Below the pieces are notes generated by a model. The model had not been told where the DNA came from and did not search any database. It was given only the letters and a program-made list of their open reading frames with translations. A DNA stretch of 63,973 nucleotides, the filler included, from Asterionella formosa (Eukaryota): NCBI GenBank assembly GCA_002256025.1. It is 22 parts of 22 records of this genome, joined end to end, with 100 filler letters (N's around TTAATTAATTAA, not from the genome) between each part and the next. Parts side by side here need not be neighbours in the genome. Positions count along the whole stretch, not along the records: positions 23,401 to 26,191 come from NKIB01014783.1; positions 26,292 to 29,110 come from NKIB01014784.1; positions 29,211 to 32,028 come from NKIB01014785.1; positions 32,129 to 34,946 come from NKIB01014786.1; positions 35,047 to 37,863 come from NKIB01014787.1; 17 more parts are not named here. The stretch is one strand, 5' to 3'. A program made the translations under genes and the position numbers. Below, in pieces: positions 23,958 through 36,056 of this stretch (position 1 is the stretch's first letter; every line of letters starts with the position of its first letter).

Positions 23958-24193
23958 GATGACGAGCCAAATTACATTACTTGAACTGGTACATTATCCT
24001 ACCAAGAAATTCGAATACAGGAATCAAATAGAAACAATACATATAATAATTAAATATATGTAGTCAAAAGGGTTACTATTTAAATTACAAAGGCATTTAT
24101 GAAAATTATTAGATGATATAACGAAATATTATGATCAGATGATCACAATCCTATGATGCATCATGGAAATATGATAGTTTTTATTTGCAGACG
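23958..24193 (+). repeat. AT-rich putative transposon end terminating in ...TTTTTATTTGCAGACG
   Basis: Reverse-complement match to 61706-61941; the same terminus is at 13180-13203. Confidence 0.8.
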
Positions 24194-24918
24194 TGTTTGT
24201 AACTTTTAAAAACTGTTTGTCTACCATTATCCTGAAAGAAGCAACACACATGTGTCAGTTTTTCTAACAGTTGTGGATTGATCCAAAGATGATAGCACTT
24301 ACCAATTTCTTTTGTCCGCATTGATGTTTGGCCAGCCACCAAATCGAAAAGGAGCTATTGAATCACTGAAATGGGATGACTGTAATATATTTTGTGCCTG
24401 GTTTCAGGGTACGGAGTAACAGTACCTACCTTGTAGACTACCGGTACCGGTAGTCTACAACACCAAATGAATACCGGTGTGTACCATTGTGTAGCGATCA
24501 AATCATTAAGGACGTTTGTATATAGATAGTAGGAGTAGACAGTACGAGCGGTACACCAGGAAAATAGAACACAAGGTATTGTACCAGCTACCAGGCACCT
24601 GTTATCAAGTACTTAGGCATACACCTAGTGTAGTACTTAGTGTGTACCAGGTACCATGTACCTAATAAATACATGTGTAGAACTACGATAGCACGATGGT
24701 ACCTGGTACCAGGAAACTGATGGCGAAGGTGCTGGCTACGGTAATATTGATATCATGGCTTCCAACAAGCGTCACATCAAGATATTAGGAAACGGTAACG
24801 ACATGTACCGGAATGTACGTATGATGTGCCCTTACAATTTACAAGGAAATATCTTTATTTGATGTCTTGAGTCTATTCTGTACACCGCAATAACAACGAT
24901 GACAAAGAAGGGCAGCGA

Positions 24919-26191
24919 ATGAAGCAACCATTGATACGCAGGATACAAGTGATGATGCCAGCTGCCCTTTTATTGCTCCTGATAACTGCACCAGGATTTG
25001 AGAGCTTCACGGCTCATCAACCATTCAGATCCACAAGAATTCGCAGCTGTGATGCACTATCATATCTTGACACCAATGGGAAAGCCGTACGTCCCACTGA
25101 AGGATCTGGCGATCGTCTTCGCATCTTACCAACACAAATGACCTCTTCTTCGTCTATTGTTGCGTTTACCTCCAATCCGAAACCCAAGAAGGCTAGGGGG
25201 TCTGGAATCGGAGCGAACTACTTAGGTGGGCTGAATGGTACAACTTATAACACTCCTGTTATAACTGTTCAAACAGGGACACCAGCATCGACTTCTTCAG
25301 CTACCTATGTCAGTGACTTGCCGACATATTCATTTGCAACTCCTGTCATTGCTTCAAAGCCTTTTACGTCGAATCCTAAACCCTCAAAAGCAAAGGGATC
25401 TGGAATCGGACCAAACTACTTAGGTGGACTGAACGGTACAACATTTTCGACTCCTGTTGTTGCCGCAAAGCCAGGGAGACCAAATGCAACCACCTCATCC
25501 GGAGGTGGCTCTGGTTTTGGGACTAGCTATTTGAGTGGCTTGCCCAGAATGTCGTCTTCAGTTCTAGCTACTGCATCAAACCCACTTGTTTATAATCCCA
25601 AACCAAAAACAGTAAAAGGTTCTGGTATCGGAGCTAGTTATCTAGGTGGGCTGAATGGTACCACATTCTCTATTCCTATTGTTGCGATAAAGCCAAAAAC
25701 ACCATCTGCATTAGTCTTGTCTGAAAGTGGACCCAGGTTTGATGCTAGCTATCTCAGTGGCTTGCCAGCACCGACAACTTCGAATCCCCCCTTTAAATCA
25801 AGGCCTTTGACATCCAATCCTAAACCCAAAAAGGCTAAGGGTTCTGGTATTGGAGCTAACTACCTAGGAGGATTGAATGGAACAACATTTTCGACTCCTG
25901 CTGTGACATTGGTGTCAGATACACCCAAATCTACCTCATCTGGAAGTGGATCTGGCTTTGGGGCTGGATATCTCAGTGGCTTACCTGGAACATCATCTGT
26001 CCTTCCTGTTGCATCAAAGCCTTTTTCTTCTAATCCTAAACCCAAAAAGGCTAAGGGTTCTGGCATTGGAGCTAATTACCTAGGAGGATTGAATGGCACA
26101 ACATTTTCGACTCCTGCTATTACTGTGACATCAGATCTACCAAAGACGGCTGCTTCTCCTGATATTTCATCCATAAAGTCTGATCTACCAA
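24919..26191 (+). CDS. Signal-peptide-bearing, low-complexity tandem-repeat protein (5 x ~70-aa repeats), 3' truncated
   Basis: Hydrophobic signal ALLLLLITAPGFES-F then an S/T/R-rich stretch; NPKPxxxKGSGIGxxYLGGLNGTT repeated five times. Confidence 0.85.
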
Positions 26192-26727
26192 NNNNNNNNN
26201 NNNNNNNNNNNNNNNNNNNNNNNNNNNNNNNNNNNTTAATTAATTAANNNNNNNNNNNNNNNNNNNNNNNNNNNNNNNNNNNNNNNNNNNNAGCTACCGG
26301 TAAGCAAGCAAGTCTGCAGACATACCGTTACCGGCAGTTCATATTCGAATGTACGTCTGTACAATTCTGGAATACTCCAGTACTGCCAGTACTGTACAGC
26401 AGTCGCTATGTACCAGGTACAACGACTGAGTCATTTTGCTTCTCGCGAATGAACTCGCTATGCTGTAGCGTACCGGGTAGACTAGCGGTACCTGGTAGTA
26501 CAAATTAGAAATGTTCTACCCCTACATAATAATCTCGTAAGAATTGAATTAATTTTATCATACATAGTACCGTAGCATATTTGATCGATATTCCTACCGG
26601 TAGTTGGAAACCAATCGATTGTTGTTCGGAAGTGAATCATTCATTATAAAATAACTTTCTTTGGTTTGTGCGGCCACAATCGAAGTGGTGCACGGCCACC
26701 ATGACGAGATCACGACGATCCACGAAT

Positions 26728-28245
26728 GGCGCAATGGTTTCAGGAGCCACGTTGCGCTCAACTGGGCTGGTAATTTTTGTTGCGTTTTCTTCCAATGAAA
26801 TGGTAGTTTCATCCTTCAAACCTATGCAACAACAAATGACACGACCTCGCGCCTCGAAAGTTGCGCAACGGAGACTTTCGTCAATAGATGAATGGGCGAG
26901 CGAAATGTCGTGGTTGACAAGGTTCAAGGCCGATCCACCAACTTCTACTGGAACGTTACTAGATGACGAGCGCGCACCTCTGACGGCAAGCGAATTCGCG
27001 ACCAAAACTGCACCTATTTTGGAATCGATAGGCAGATACGCGATTGGTCTTGGCTGTACCATTGGGGTTATTTACATGCTTGCCATGTTGGGCGATTCAT
27101 CTGCCGACGTAGTGGCAGAGCCAGGATCAATTGTGGACGATGAGCTCTCCAAGTTGGCAAGGAATGTGTATGTTGCTGCCATGCCCGAGGATGCAAACGA
27201 CCTGGTGGCTATTGCATTGGGAGAGGGAATTGGAGCCGTCATTGGTTCCTTGGCAACTGCTATTGTTACAGCTCTTGTTGGCGCTGCCCTTCGGCTACGG
27301 ATGACCGCAGCGAAGGCAAAGCGGAGTGGCATAAACGTGGCATCCACTGAAGAGATTCTCGCGGAGGCAGTGGCAGATACAGAGTATTTCTGGACAAAAA
27401 CAGGCGCAGTACCCTTGCTGAGAGCTCTTGGGATCAATCCAGCTATTGCTCGGCTATCGAGCGTGGCTTTAGCTACCGTTCCTTACGAATTGGTCAAGTG
27501 GCAAGCAAGAAAGGAAAAACAACTCCAGGCCGAAAATGCTCTCATGGATGAGCTTCTTATGGAGCAACAGAAAGAGGAACGTATGATCTTTACAATGCGC
27601 AGCAAAAAAAACAAGTCAGTAGACCCACTTAAACTTCAAGCGATCGAAAAGCGCCCCATCATCGACGTACCTGAAATCTTTTCTGATGTCATCAAGTGGC
27701 TCGAATATGATGTTTTGAAAACTGACTTTGGTGGCCAACTAATCTTAAACGGACAAACTCTTGGTTCTGGAGCCGAATCATTTGCATTTGGTGTTATTAT
27801 TGCACTATCGTCGCAACTATATCTCGATATGATTTACCGCTATACCGACTTTGGCCCAGACCAAACCACAAACGAAACTCGGACGAGAAGTGCGGCAGAT
27901 TGGACGTATTTGTACATAAATCGGTGTCTTGGTACTGCAACCCTCTTTGGAGTTTACGAATCAGTGAGTCTTCCAGTCAGTATTGCTATTCAGGGTTTGT
28001 TGGCAGGTGCCGTGGATGGTTGTACCGGCTCAAATGACTTTCGCGTTTGTGTGGAGACCTTCGTGGCAGACAATCCACCCGAAGCTTCGCCAGAGGCGCA
28101 ATTTCGAGCCCTCGTTATTGCACTTGTCAGTTTATTTAACCGTATACAATCGGAAGGGGTTTCAGATGCTCCAGAACTAATTAGAGCTGTTGTGCTTCAG
28201 ACATATACGGTTGCCACTCAATTTATGCAATTGATGCAGCCGTGA
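26728..28245 (+). CDS. Hypothetical multi-helix/membrane protein, possibly plastid-targeted (start uncertain, 26701-26734)
   Basis: ~500-aa intact ORF; hydrophobic N-terminus followed by VSS-F; several hydrophobic segments. Confidence 0.75.
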   Translation, partial: GAMVSGATLRSTGLVIFVAFSSNEMVVSSFKPMQQQMTRPRASKVAQRRLSSIDEWASEMSWLTRFKADPPTSTGTLLDDERAPLTASEFATKTAPILESIGRYAIGLGCTIGVIYMLAMLGDSSADVVAEPGSIVDDELSKLARNVYVAAMPEDANDLVAIALGEGIGAVIGSLATAIVTALVGAALRLRMTAAKAKRSGINVASTEEILAEAVADTEYFWTKTGAVPLLRALGINPAIARLSSVALATVPYELVKWQARKEKQLQAENALMDELLMEQQKEERMIFTMRSKKNKSVDPLKLQAIEKRPIIDVPEIFSDVIKWLEYDVLKTDFGGQLILNGQTLGSGAESFAFGVIIALSSQLYLDMIYRYTDFGPDQTTNETRTRSAADWTYLYINRCLGTATLFGVYESVSLPVSIAIQGLLAGAVDGCTGSNDFRVCVETFVADNPPEASPEAQFRALVIALVSLFNRIQSEGVSDAPELIRAVVLQTYTVATQFMQLMQP

Positions 28246-28437
28246 CATGAATCAATTTCTACCTTCAACATTTGGGTTTCCTCGGAGGATGTTAACTCCA
28301 TCAACACAAATGATCATTAAACTAGATAGAATGATGCGTTAATAGAAAGTATGGAGGTTGTAAGCTGTTTTAAAAATATGTATAGCGAGTCAGCTATTGT
28401 TACTGACTTGAGCGCATAGTTGTAAGCATCATATAGA

Positions 28438-29110
28438 CTAAAGGCCGAGGCTACGCATAGATTGACCTTCTTGTGGTAGCTGCACACAAAATTGTTCTTC
28501 GGAACGTAGACATGACGCAATGGCCTCGATTCCATTGATCACTGCAAGATCGACACCATTTTCCTTGACGTAAAATGTCTAAAAACGAATGGAAAGAGAG
28601 AGAATCGAAATTCATGAAAACACTGTCACAATAAAGGTAAAAATGAAGCATAATGAAAGAACCTACCGTTCCATATTTTCCCGAAAGACGGGTCCAAAAG
28701 ACGTTTGGTAGAGCAAACTTGACTCCCTCGCCAACGTTGAAGTTAAGAACATTTCCTCTACCTCCAAACTGATCCACAACCAAGACGACATACTTGTCAT
28801 CTTTCTGGTTCTCCTTTCCTAGATCCCAGTAGTCTCTGATAGCCAAACCAGGAGTATTGGGGTAGCTTTGACATAAGACACGAACTCGAAAGCCCGTATC
28901 CTTCTCCAGCGATGTCAACAGGTCATTCATTCTACGAGCTTGGCCATTCGTCAAGAATTTTTCCGTCTGAATCACATTTAGACCTGGCTCCTTGGGAAGA
29001 AGATCAGGTCGGTTCACGGGCTCCAATCGAGCCAGGGCTGGCATGACCCCTAAAGTCAGCGCTGCCGTGGTGACAGCAGAAACGAAAAAGGCGTCACGAC
29101 GCGACATTTC
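28438..29110 (-). CDS. Thylakoid-lumen TPM-domain protein (similar to plant thylakoid lumenal 15-kDa protein 2); intron 28579-28666; 5' truncated
   Basis: RRDAF...ALA twin-Arg-like signal; VNRPDLLP, EKDTGFRVRVLCQSYPNTPGLAIRDYW, NVLNFNVG, FWTRLSGKYG; splicing gives TFYVKENGVDLAVINGIEAIASCLRS...GL*. Confidence 0.88.
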
Positions 29111-29210
29111 NNNNNNNNNNNNNNNNNNNNNNNNNNNNNNNNNNNNNNNNNNNNTTAATTAATTAANNNNNNNNNNNNNNNNNNNNNNNNNNNNNNNNNN
29201 NNNNNNNNNN

Positions 29211-31338
29211 GAACGTAGCCTTTCACTACAATACGTCCTTTGTATCGAATACTCTTATCCTGCTCGGATTTCTTCTTGAATACCCAGCGTGTGCCTAAGG
29301 GTTTTCTGCCCTTGAGATTGTCACGAGGAACCATTTTCCAAACATTTCGCTTGTAGAAATTGTTGATTTCATTTTTAATAGCAACGGTCCACTGCTTGCT
29401 CTCGTCTCCTTTCATAGCCTCCTTGTAATGCTTTGGCTCCCCAGGATCGGAAGCAAGCGTTGTAGAATATGCATAGAACCTCTCTACTCCTTCTTCACTT
29501 TGAAATAGTTCATCATCATCTTGATAGGCCGCTTCAGAATAATCTATTTCTTCAATTGATCCTTTGTCCTTGTCATCTAGTTGTAAGCTGCGCCGAGCAC
29601 TGCGTTTGCCAGTAACTTCTTTCCAACCATCAAGGCGTTTCAATTCTCGTTCCAATTTTGCTTTCTTCGAAGCATCTTTGTTGATCTCATCACCTAACTT
29701 CCCCACTGCTTCGGATAGCTGAAATCTTGTTTGTTTCACAACTGGAACAGGTGTTTCCAAATCAATATCCTGCTGGATAGGTGGCACAACAGGAAGAACA
29801 TCTTCGTCCTGCTTTGCATCATCAATTGGAATAACAACCACTTCTGTGTCCCCTTCCACATTGAAATCCCTCAAACCTGCGATTGGACTTGTTTGGCCAT
29901 GCCAATCAGCCCAGCGAATGTTTCGACTATTTAAAATCTTTCTTGTCTGAGGGTTAAACATTCGGTAAGTGTCTCCAGCATGATCATGAGAATAACCAAC
30001 CATCACACATTTAATGGCCTTTTCTTCGAGTTTATTTGTTTTCTTAGCACCAATTTTCACCCATCCGATCCTGCCAAAATGCATTAGATGATCGTAAATC
30101 ATTGGAACCTTTTTGTAAAACTTCTCATCTGCACTTTTTACATCATTAGATGTGGCCACAATGTTCGTGATTCGTGTGTTGGTGTTGATGGCCTCTGCCC
30201 AAAGTAAACCTTGAAATTCATCAATAAATTTTGCAGCAAACATTGCTGCACATGCTCGTTGACGAATGGATACAAACTTTCGCTCAACAATTCCATTCTG
30301 TTGTGGTGTGTAGGGTGCCGTAAATTCAATTTGAATATTGAAATTGTCGCATAGTTTTGTCAAACCTGAGACGTTTTCACCCGCATTGTCACAACGGAGA
30401 AACTTGGTAACATACTCAGCCGTTTTGAGTTTAGTCAACAAATCTTCAATCTTTGAAGCAAGCTGTGACTTCTTCTTAACAAAGAAACTCCAAGATTTTC
30501 CGGTGTAATCATCAACAACAAGGATCCAATAGTCATTTCCTAAAATCGACTTTTTATATGGACCGCTGATATCTGTGCACAAACGTTCGCCCGGTTGAGT
30601 AGCCTTGCTCATAGTGATTTTAGGAACACTTTTTGCTTTAGCCTTAGCTAGCGCACATCCTTCACATGTATACATCAAACCTGTCATTTTGATACCAAGC
30701 GATTTCATAGTAGCCCGCAATGCTGCTTCCCCAATATGTCCGTATTTAGCGTGAGCTTCATTAATGTCCATACTGGTCAATTTCGTTGTGATGACCTCTG
30801 CAGATAAGATATCACTCCCACCTGGGTAAATTCCACGAGTTCCTTGGAAATAGTACAAAACATCTGAATGATCACGTTTGAAATCTAGCGTCTCAGTTTT
30901 CCCCGCTTTTGTCAAAGTCATTTTGTTGTGCTTCATACCAAGTTCGTATTTACCATCACGTACAAAAGTACCAATGCTGATAATATTTTTATGAAAGGTA
31001 GGTGTATAAAGGACATTCTTAAGCAAGAGTGTCTCATTGGTCACTTTGTTTCGCACGCAGACATCTCCGCATTCCTTGCAAATGACTTCTTTACCATCGC
31101 CTACAACAACGCGTACATTTACTGCTTTCACATTTGTCATATACTTATTGCACATAGTAATATGACTGGTTGCGCCTGTATCAGCTAACCAACGTTCATT
31201 TTTCTCGATTGATGCGCAAATTTTACTCTCACTGTTTTTGATGCTTGCGTGGTGTGCTTGATTGATCTCTTCATCCACAATTTCAGCCGTCACTCCAATA
31301 AATGCATATTCTGTTTCTTCGCATGTAATGTAGACCAT
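29211..31338 (-). CDS. pol: Copia pol (protease, integrase, start of RT), 3' truncated
   Basis: Uninterrupted ~710-aa frame carrying the motifs above. Confidence 0.93.
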
Positions 31339-32028
31339 TGTGTCTTCAACATATTCATAGTCAAAAAAGTCTTGTTGTTTGTAGTCAAGTCAATTATTTC
31401 AAAGTCATCATCTGTATCAGACTTTTCATCATGGATTTCGATCATTTCAACAATACCAAAAAACATTCCAGTTTCTTTCCTTTCCTTTGTTTTCTTTTCT
31501 TCAGCACAATCCTTAGCAATTTGACCTGCATACTTGTTGCAATTGAAACATTTGACACCTTTGCCTTTCGTTTCTTTGTTTGCGCCTGCTGTATTGTTCT
31601 TGGATCGGCAGTCAGCTGCCTTGTGTCCTTGTTTTCCACAATTCTTGCAAAGTCCCTTGAATTTACCATTTGCAAACAAAGCAATCTCGTTGGTATTTAG
31701 ATCCTTGAACTTCCTTTTGTAGAATGCACGAAGTTAAGATTTCAAATCTGATAAAGTAATAGTACCCATTCCTTAAATAACAGTTATGACTTCACTGTAC
31801 TCTTTAGGTAACTTGTTCGTACTCTTTAGGTAACTTGTTCATCATGTGCGCAATGACTTCAACCTCTTTCTTTTCAAATGATGAATCAATTTGACGCATT
31901 CTGTTCTTGATGTTATCGAGAGCAATGAACCATTCATCTGGGTCTGCTTTAGTACTCTCCAAAGTACAATTGTTGAATTCACCTGTTAGCTGAATCAAAT
32001 CAGTAACTTGATGAGGAGCATATCGATC
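29211..32028 (-). mobile_element. Ty1/Copia LTR retrotransposon internal region (gag-PR-IN-RT), truncated, gag disrupted
   Basis: Knuckles CKNCGKQGHKAADC and CFNCNKYAGQIAKDC; protease WLADTGATSH; HAKYGH..CEGC; integrase TDISGP/RCDNAGE/TPQQNGIVER; RT EPKHY...RWVFKKK...YKGRIVVKGY; Copia domain order. Confidence 0.97.
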
Positions 32029-32659
32029 NNNNNNNNNNNNNNNNNNNNNNNNNNNNNNNNNNNNNNNNNNNNTTAATTAATTAANNNNNNNNNNNNNNNN
32101 NNNNNNNNNNNNNNNNNNNNNNNNNNNNGCATCCGTATACTTAGATCCTATCCACTGTATAATACTATCATATTAACTGTTGACTTTAACTGTATACATT
32201 AAACGACAAACACATATATTAATTAACATACTTTATGATTGCTTGATTTATTTTCTATGATGTCTTGGTAACACTTGCGTACATTATTTTTCGTATTTTA
32301 TTGTCATTGTCTTATTTTTAAAATGATCATATTTTGATCAAAATTATATCATAAACATTCTATAAAATCATCATAGTTTTAGGATCAATGTATCATAGCT
32401 ATGTGATGTACTTTATTCAATATTACGTATCATACTTTGGTGATGTATGCATCGATGTAACCTTATCATGATATCACAGTATCATCTTATCAATCATGAT
32501 GAGATGATTGGGAAGCAACTGTATTCTGCATTGTGCTACAGGGTATATTATTATATCACGCAATTTAGTAGCGAAGTCACTCCGCCTGTAATGTACTAAA
32601 GTGGACAGTGCACATACCGGTACTCACACCGCTAATCAGGTTTGAGGAAACGGACAGTG

Positions 32660-33072
32660 GTTCCAACGAGCAAATAATGATACCACGAGTACCAATTTTT
32701 CCAACGAAAGAACTTGTCTCTCTATTGATGAGGATGACACGGACACCGACTTTTCCCGGAGCAAACAACAATGAAGAGACCCACTTGTCGCTCTATTGAT
32801 GGTAACAAAGATGCGGACAAGTTCAACAGTGAATACAAAGAACAACATACCATTGAAAACAAGTCGACAGTGTGTGCACGCACACGCCAAGCAAGTTTGA
32901 GGCAACGGACAATTCCAACAAGCAAATGACGATACATATATCAAATTCTTCCGACGAGCAAACAACAATGAAAAGAGCCACTTGCTTTTGCTCTCTTGCT
33001 TGTTGGTATCAAAGATGCGGACAAGTTCAATAGTTAAATCAAGTACAGTATGCCAAATGCAGAAACGAGCGA
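32660..33072 (+). repeat. Degenerate tandem/dispersed repeat
   Basis: GAGCAAACAACAATGAA...CCACTTG...AAAGATGCGGACAAGTTCAA occurs at ~32759-32830 and ~32955-33035, and again at 23436-23512. Confidence 0.8.
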
Positions 33073-33191
33073 GCGATATGAAAATGAAATGGCCAAGAGT
33101 TCATACCCGCAAATACTTGTAAGTCCACCAATCCACCAGCTGCAAGATAAAAAATTGTATGCATGTTCACAAATCATCCAAGCTAAGGTGA

Positions 33192-34946
33192 CTAACCAGC
33201 ACAAGTCGAGCTTTTTTTACAGGAACTGCTGCAGTTGCAAATCAGTGGTGGGCAAACAGCTATTCCTTCTGAAGGTGCAATACTACATGCTTCTGTTGGA
33301 ACTGTGCCTGTAAAATTGTTCATTCCAAGAGATAATACAGCTGGCAAGAAAGTGAAATATTAGCACAATCATTCAAGAAATATAAATTTAGGCTCAAATA
33401 ACTCACTCAATGCAGACATGAGACCAATTTCTGAGGGAATTATACCAGTAAACTTATTTTTCCCAATATAAAACTCTATGGCATTTGTTAAATGGCCAAT
33501 TTCTGATGGAAGTGCACCAGTCAACTGGTTTTCGTCTACATAGAAAGTTGTTAGAACTGTCAAATTTCCAATCTCTGTAGGAAGTGTGCCATTGAAATCA
33601 TTGGAATTTGCTTCAAAATCTGTGAGAATTGTCAAATATCCAATCTCTGTAGGAATAGTACCAGTGAAGTTATTATAGCTGACAATCAAAGACAATAGAT
33701 TTGTCAATAATCCAACCTCTGTTGGAAGTGTTCCCTTCAATGTATTATTTTCCAGATTCAAAGCTAACAGGTTAGTAGACAAAACAATGATTTCTGTTGG
33801 AAGTGTTCCGGTCAACTTGTTGTCATACAATGCCAATATTGTGATGTTGGCCAACTGTGCAAGCTCCCTTGGAATTGGGCCAGTAAGCTGGTTCTTGTAT
33901 AAATACAACTCTGTAATACTTGTCAGTAGACCCAGTTCACTAGGTAGTGATCCATCTATGGCATTTGATGAAAAGGTAAGGAATTCTTTGCCATAAAATG
34001 ACATGTTCTCAATTCATAAGTGAGCAATTATGAATGATTTTGTTTTTTCTTCTCGCCCAAGTTTAACTTACCTAAATTTGTCAAATTGCCAATTTCTGAA
34101 GGAATGAAACCAATTAAGGTATTTTTGCGCAAGTCTAATTCAAGTAAGTTTGACAATAGACCCAGTTCACTTGGTAGTGATCCATCTATGGCATTTGATG
34201 AAAAATTAATAGATTCTTTGTCGTAAAATGATATGACTCATTTCGTTAGTGAGAGATTCTCAATGATTTGTTTTTGTTTTTTGCCAGGTATGTTAACTTA
34301 CCTAAACTTGACAAAAGACCAATTTCTGTGGGAAGTGTGCCAGTAAAAGTATTGTTTGACAAATATAGATAATTGAGATTTGTCAAGAGGCCAATCTCTG
34401 TGGGAAGTGTGCCATTGAAAGTATTGTCATACAAATCTAGAAGAGTTAGACTTGTCAAGAGTCCAATCTCGGGTGGAAGGGATCCAACAAGTTGAGACTG
34501 AGAAGGTGTCAAATCAGTGATATCTTTCCCACCATTGCAAGAAATGTAATCCCAATCACAAAAATTATATTGAGAAGAGATTCCACTTTTTTTCAACCAT
34601 GATGTGCCTGAAAGTAGATCACCAGTGGCATAATTTAACACTGCCAATCCATATAGTTGCAAAATATAGTTTTTGGCAAAATTATATTCTGCATTCTGCA
34701 GCATCCATTTCAGTGCCTTCGCCTGTGAGGTGCCAGGAGTTGAAAGTGCTGTTCCATTATCAAACGATTTTTTAACAATGAAATCTACCCAATTTGTGCC
34801 ATTGACAGTATTGGCAAACAAATCTAGAAGAGTGAGACTTGTCAAGAGTCCAATCTCTGTGGGAAGTGTGCCATTGAATGTATTAGAGGACAAATCTAGA
34901 TGAGTGAGACTTGTCAAGAGTCCAATCTCTGTGGGAAGTGTGCCAT
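33192..34946 (-). CDS. Plant-type (24-aa) LRR receptor-like protein, 5' truncated; introns 34216-34301, 33986-34071, 33341-33406
   Basis: LxxLxLxxNxFxGTLPTEIGLL repeats; N-cap AKALKWM...LAVLNYAT...CDWDYISC; splicing at GT-AG sites keeps frame and ends in Cys-rich CPPLICNCSSSC...AG*. Confidence 0.9.
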
Positions 34947-35234
34947 NNNNNNNNNNNNNNNNNNNNNNNNNNNNNNNNNNNNNNNNNNNNTTAATTAATT
35001 AANNNNNNNNNNNNNNNNNNNNNNNNNNNNNNNNNNNNNNNNNNNNCATGAATGCCTGCATACAGCTTTTATCTTATTTTTTGATGCAGTTATTGAGCGA
35101 TTCTGCCTTCAAAATAAAGGACCATTTTTGAGATTAAGTTACTGATATACCTGTGCTACAATTTCGGTAAGAATTTTTCGAAAAACACGTTTGTGGTCTA
35201 GAACGAAAACAGAGCAGCAAGTAACCAGCCTGTA

Positions 35235-36056
35235 GTCACGCTACGAAGGTTTCCGGGTTTCCTTTGGGGAATCGTTGGAAAAGGCACCATCACCATGGCG
35301 GAAAAGCAAACGCTCATAGCGATTCGTGACAATAAGAAGACGAAGCAACTGGCATCATCAGTGACACCACGATGATAAATTATGAAGAATATGAAAGGAA
35401 AAGAAGAAATAACAGGACAACCCTGGAAATTACAGTCAATTACTAACAGCTCCACTTATGAATGCAACAATGTGGAAATTTTGCCCTCTCCATGAACGGT
35501 GCTGTTCGAAGTAAAGCTTGCCAAAGCCAGACAAATGGCACTATACTACAGGAATGGAAAGAAGCAGCACCAGACAATCCAAGAAGATTTCCCATTTGCG
35601 ATGATATTGAAAGAACAAAACTACTGTAAACAAGACATGATGGAATATTATAAAACGGATCATACCAAGAAGACTCAGGAGTATTTGAAAATCAATATAG
35701 ACCAGCCAGAAATGAAAGCAAACATTGTAAATGGAGCCAAATCCGCAAAAAGGAGGAGTCTGATCCAATCATGCACCCTAGTATGAAAAGGGCAAGTACT
35801 AATGTGAAGGGTGGAGAACATTCCTTTTGTTACTCCATTGAAGGCTTTTGGTAATGCTGAGAAGTCAGAAAAGTTTGCCGCCAAACTTGCATGGTCAAAC
35901 AGAACAGCAATGGAATATGCCCTCAAAAATAGAAGCAATATTATAGCAGCACAAAAACAAGATGAAGAGATGGAATTGCTTCTAAAGGAAGTAAATCGGA
36001 AAAAGCACCAAGAAATATTATCGTCAAAGACAAGGGAACAACAGAGATTTGCCTGA
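35235..36056 (+). pseudogene. Fragmented ORF of unknown origin (K/E-rich, several stops and frameshifts)
   Basis: Consecutive coding-like fragments (ORFs 35499 and 35811) interrupted by stops; no recognisable motif. Confidence 0.3.
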
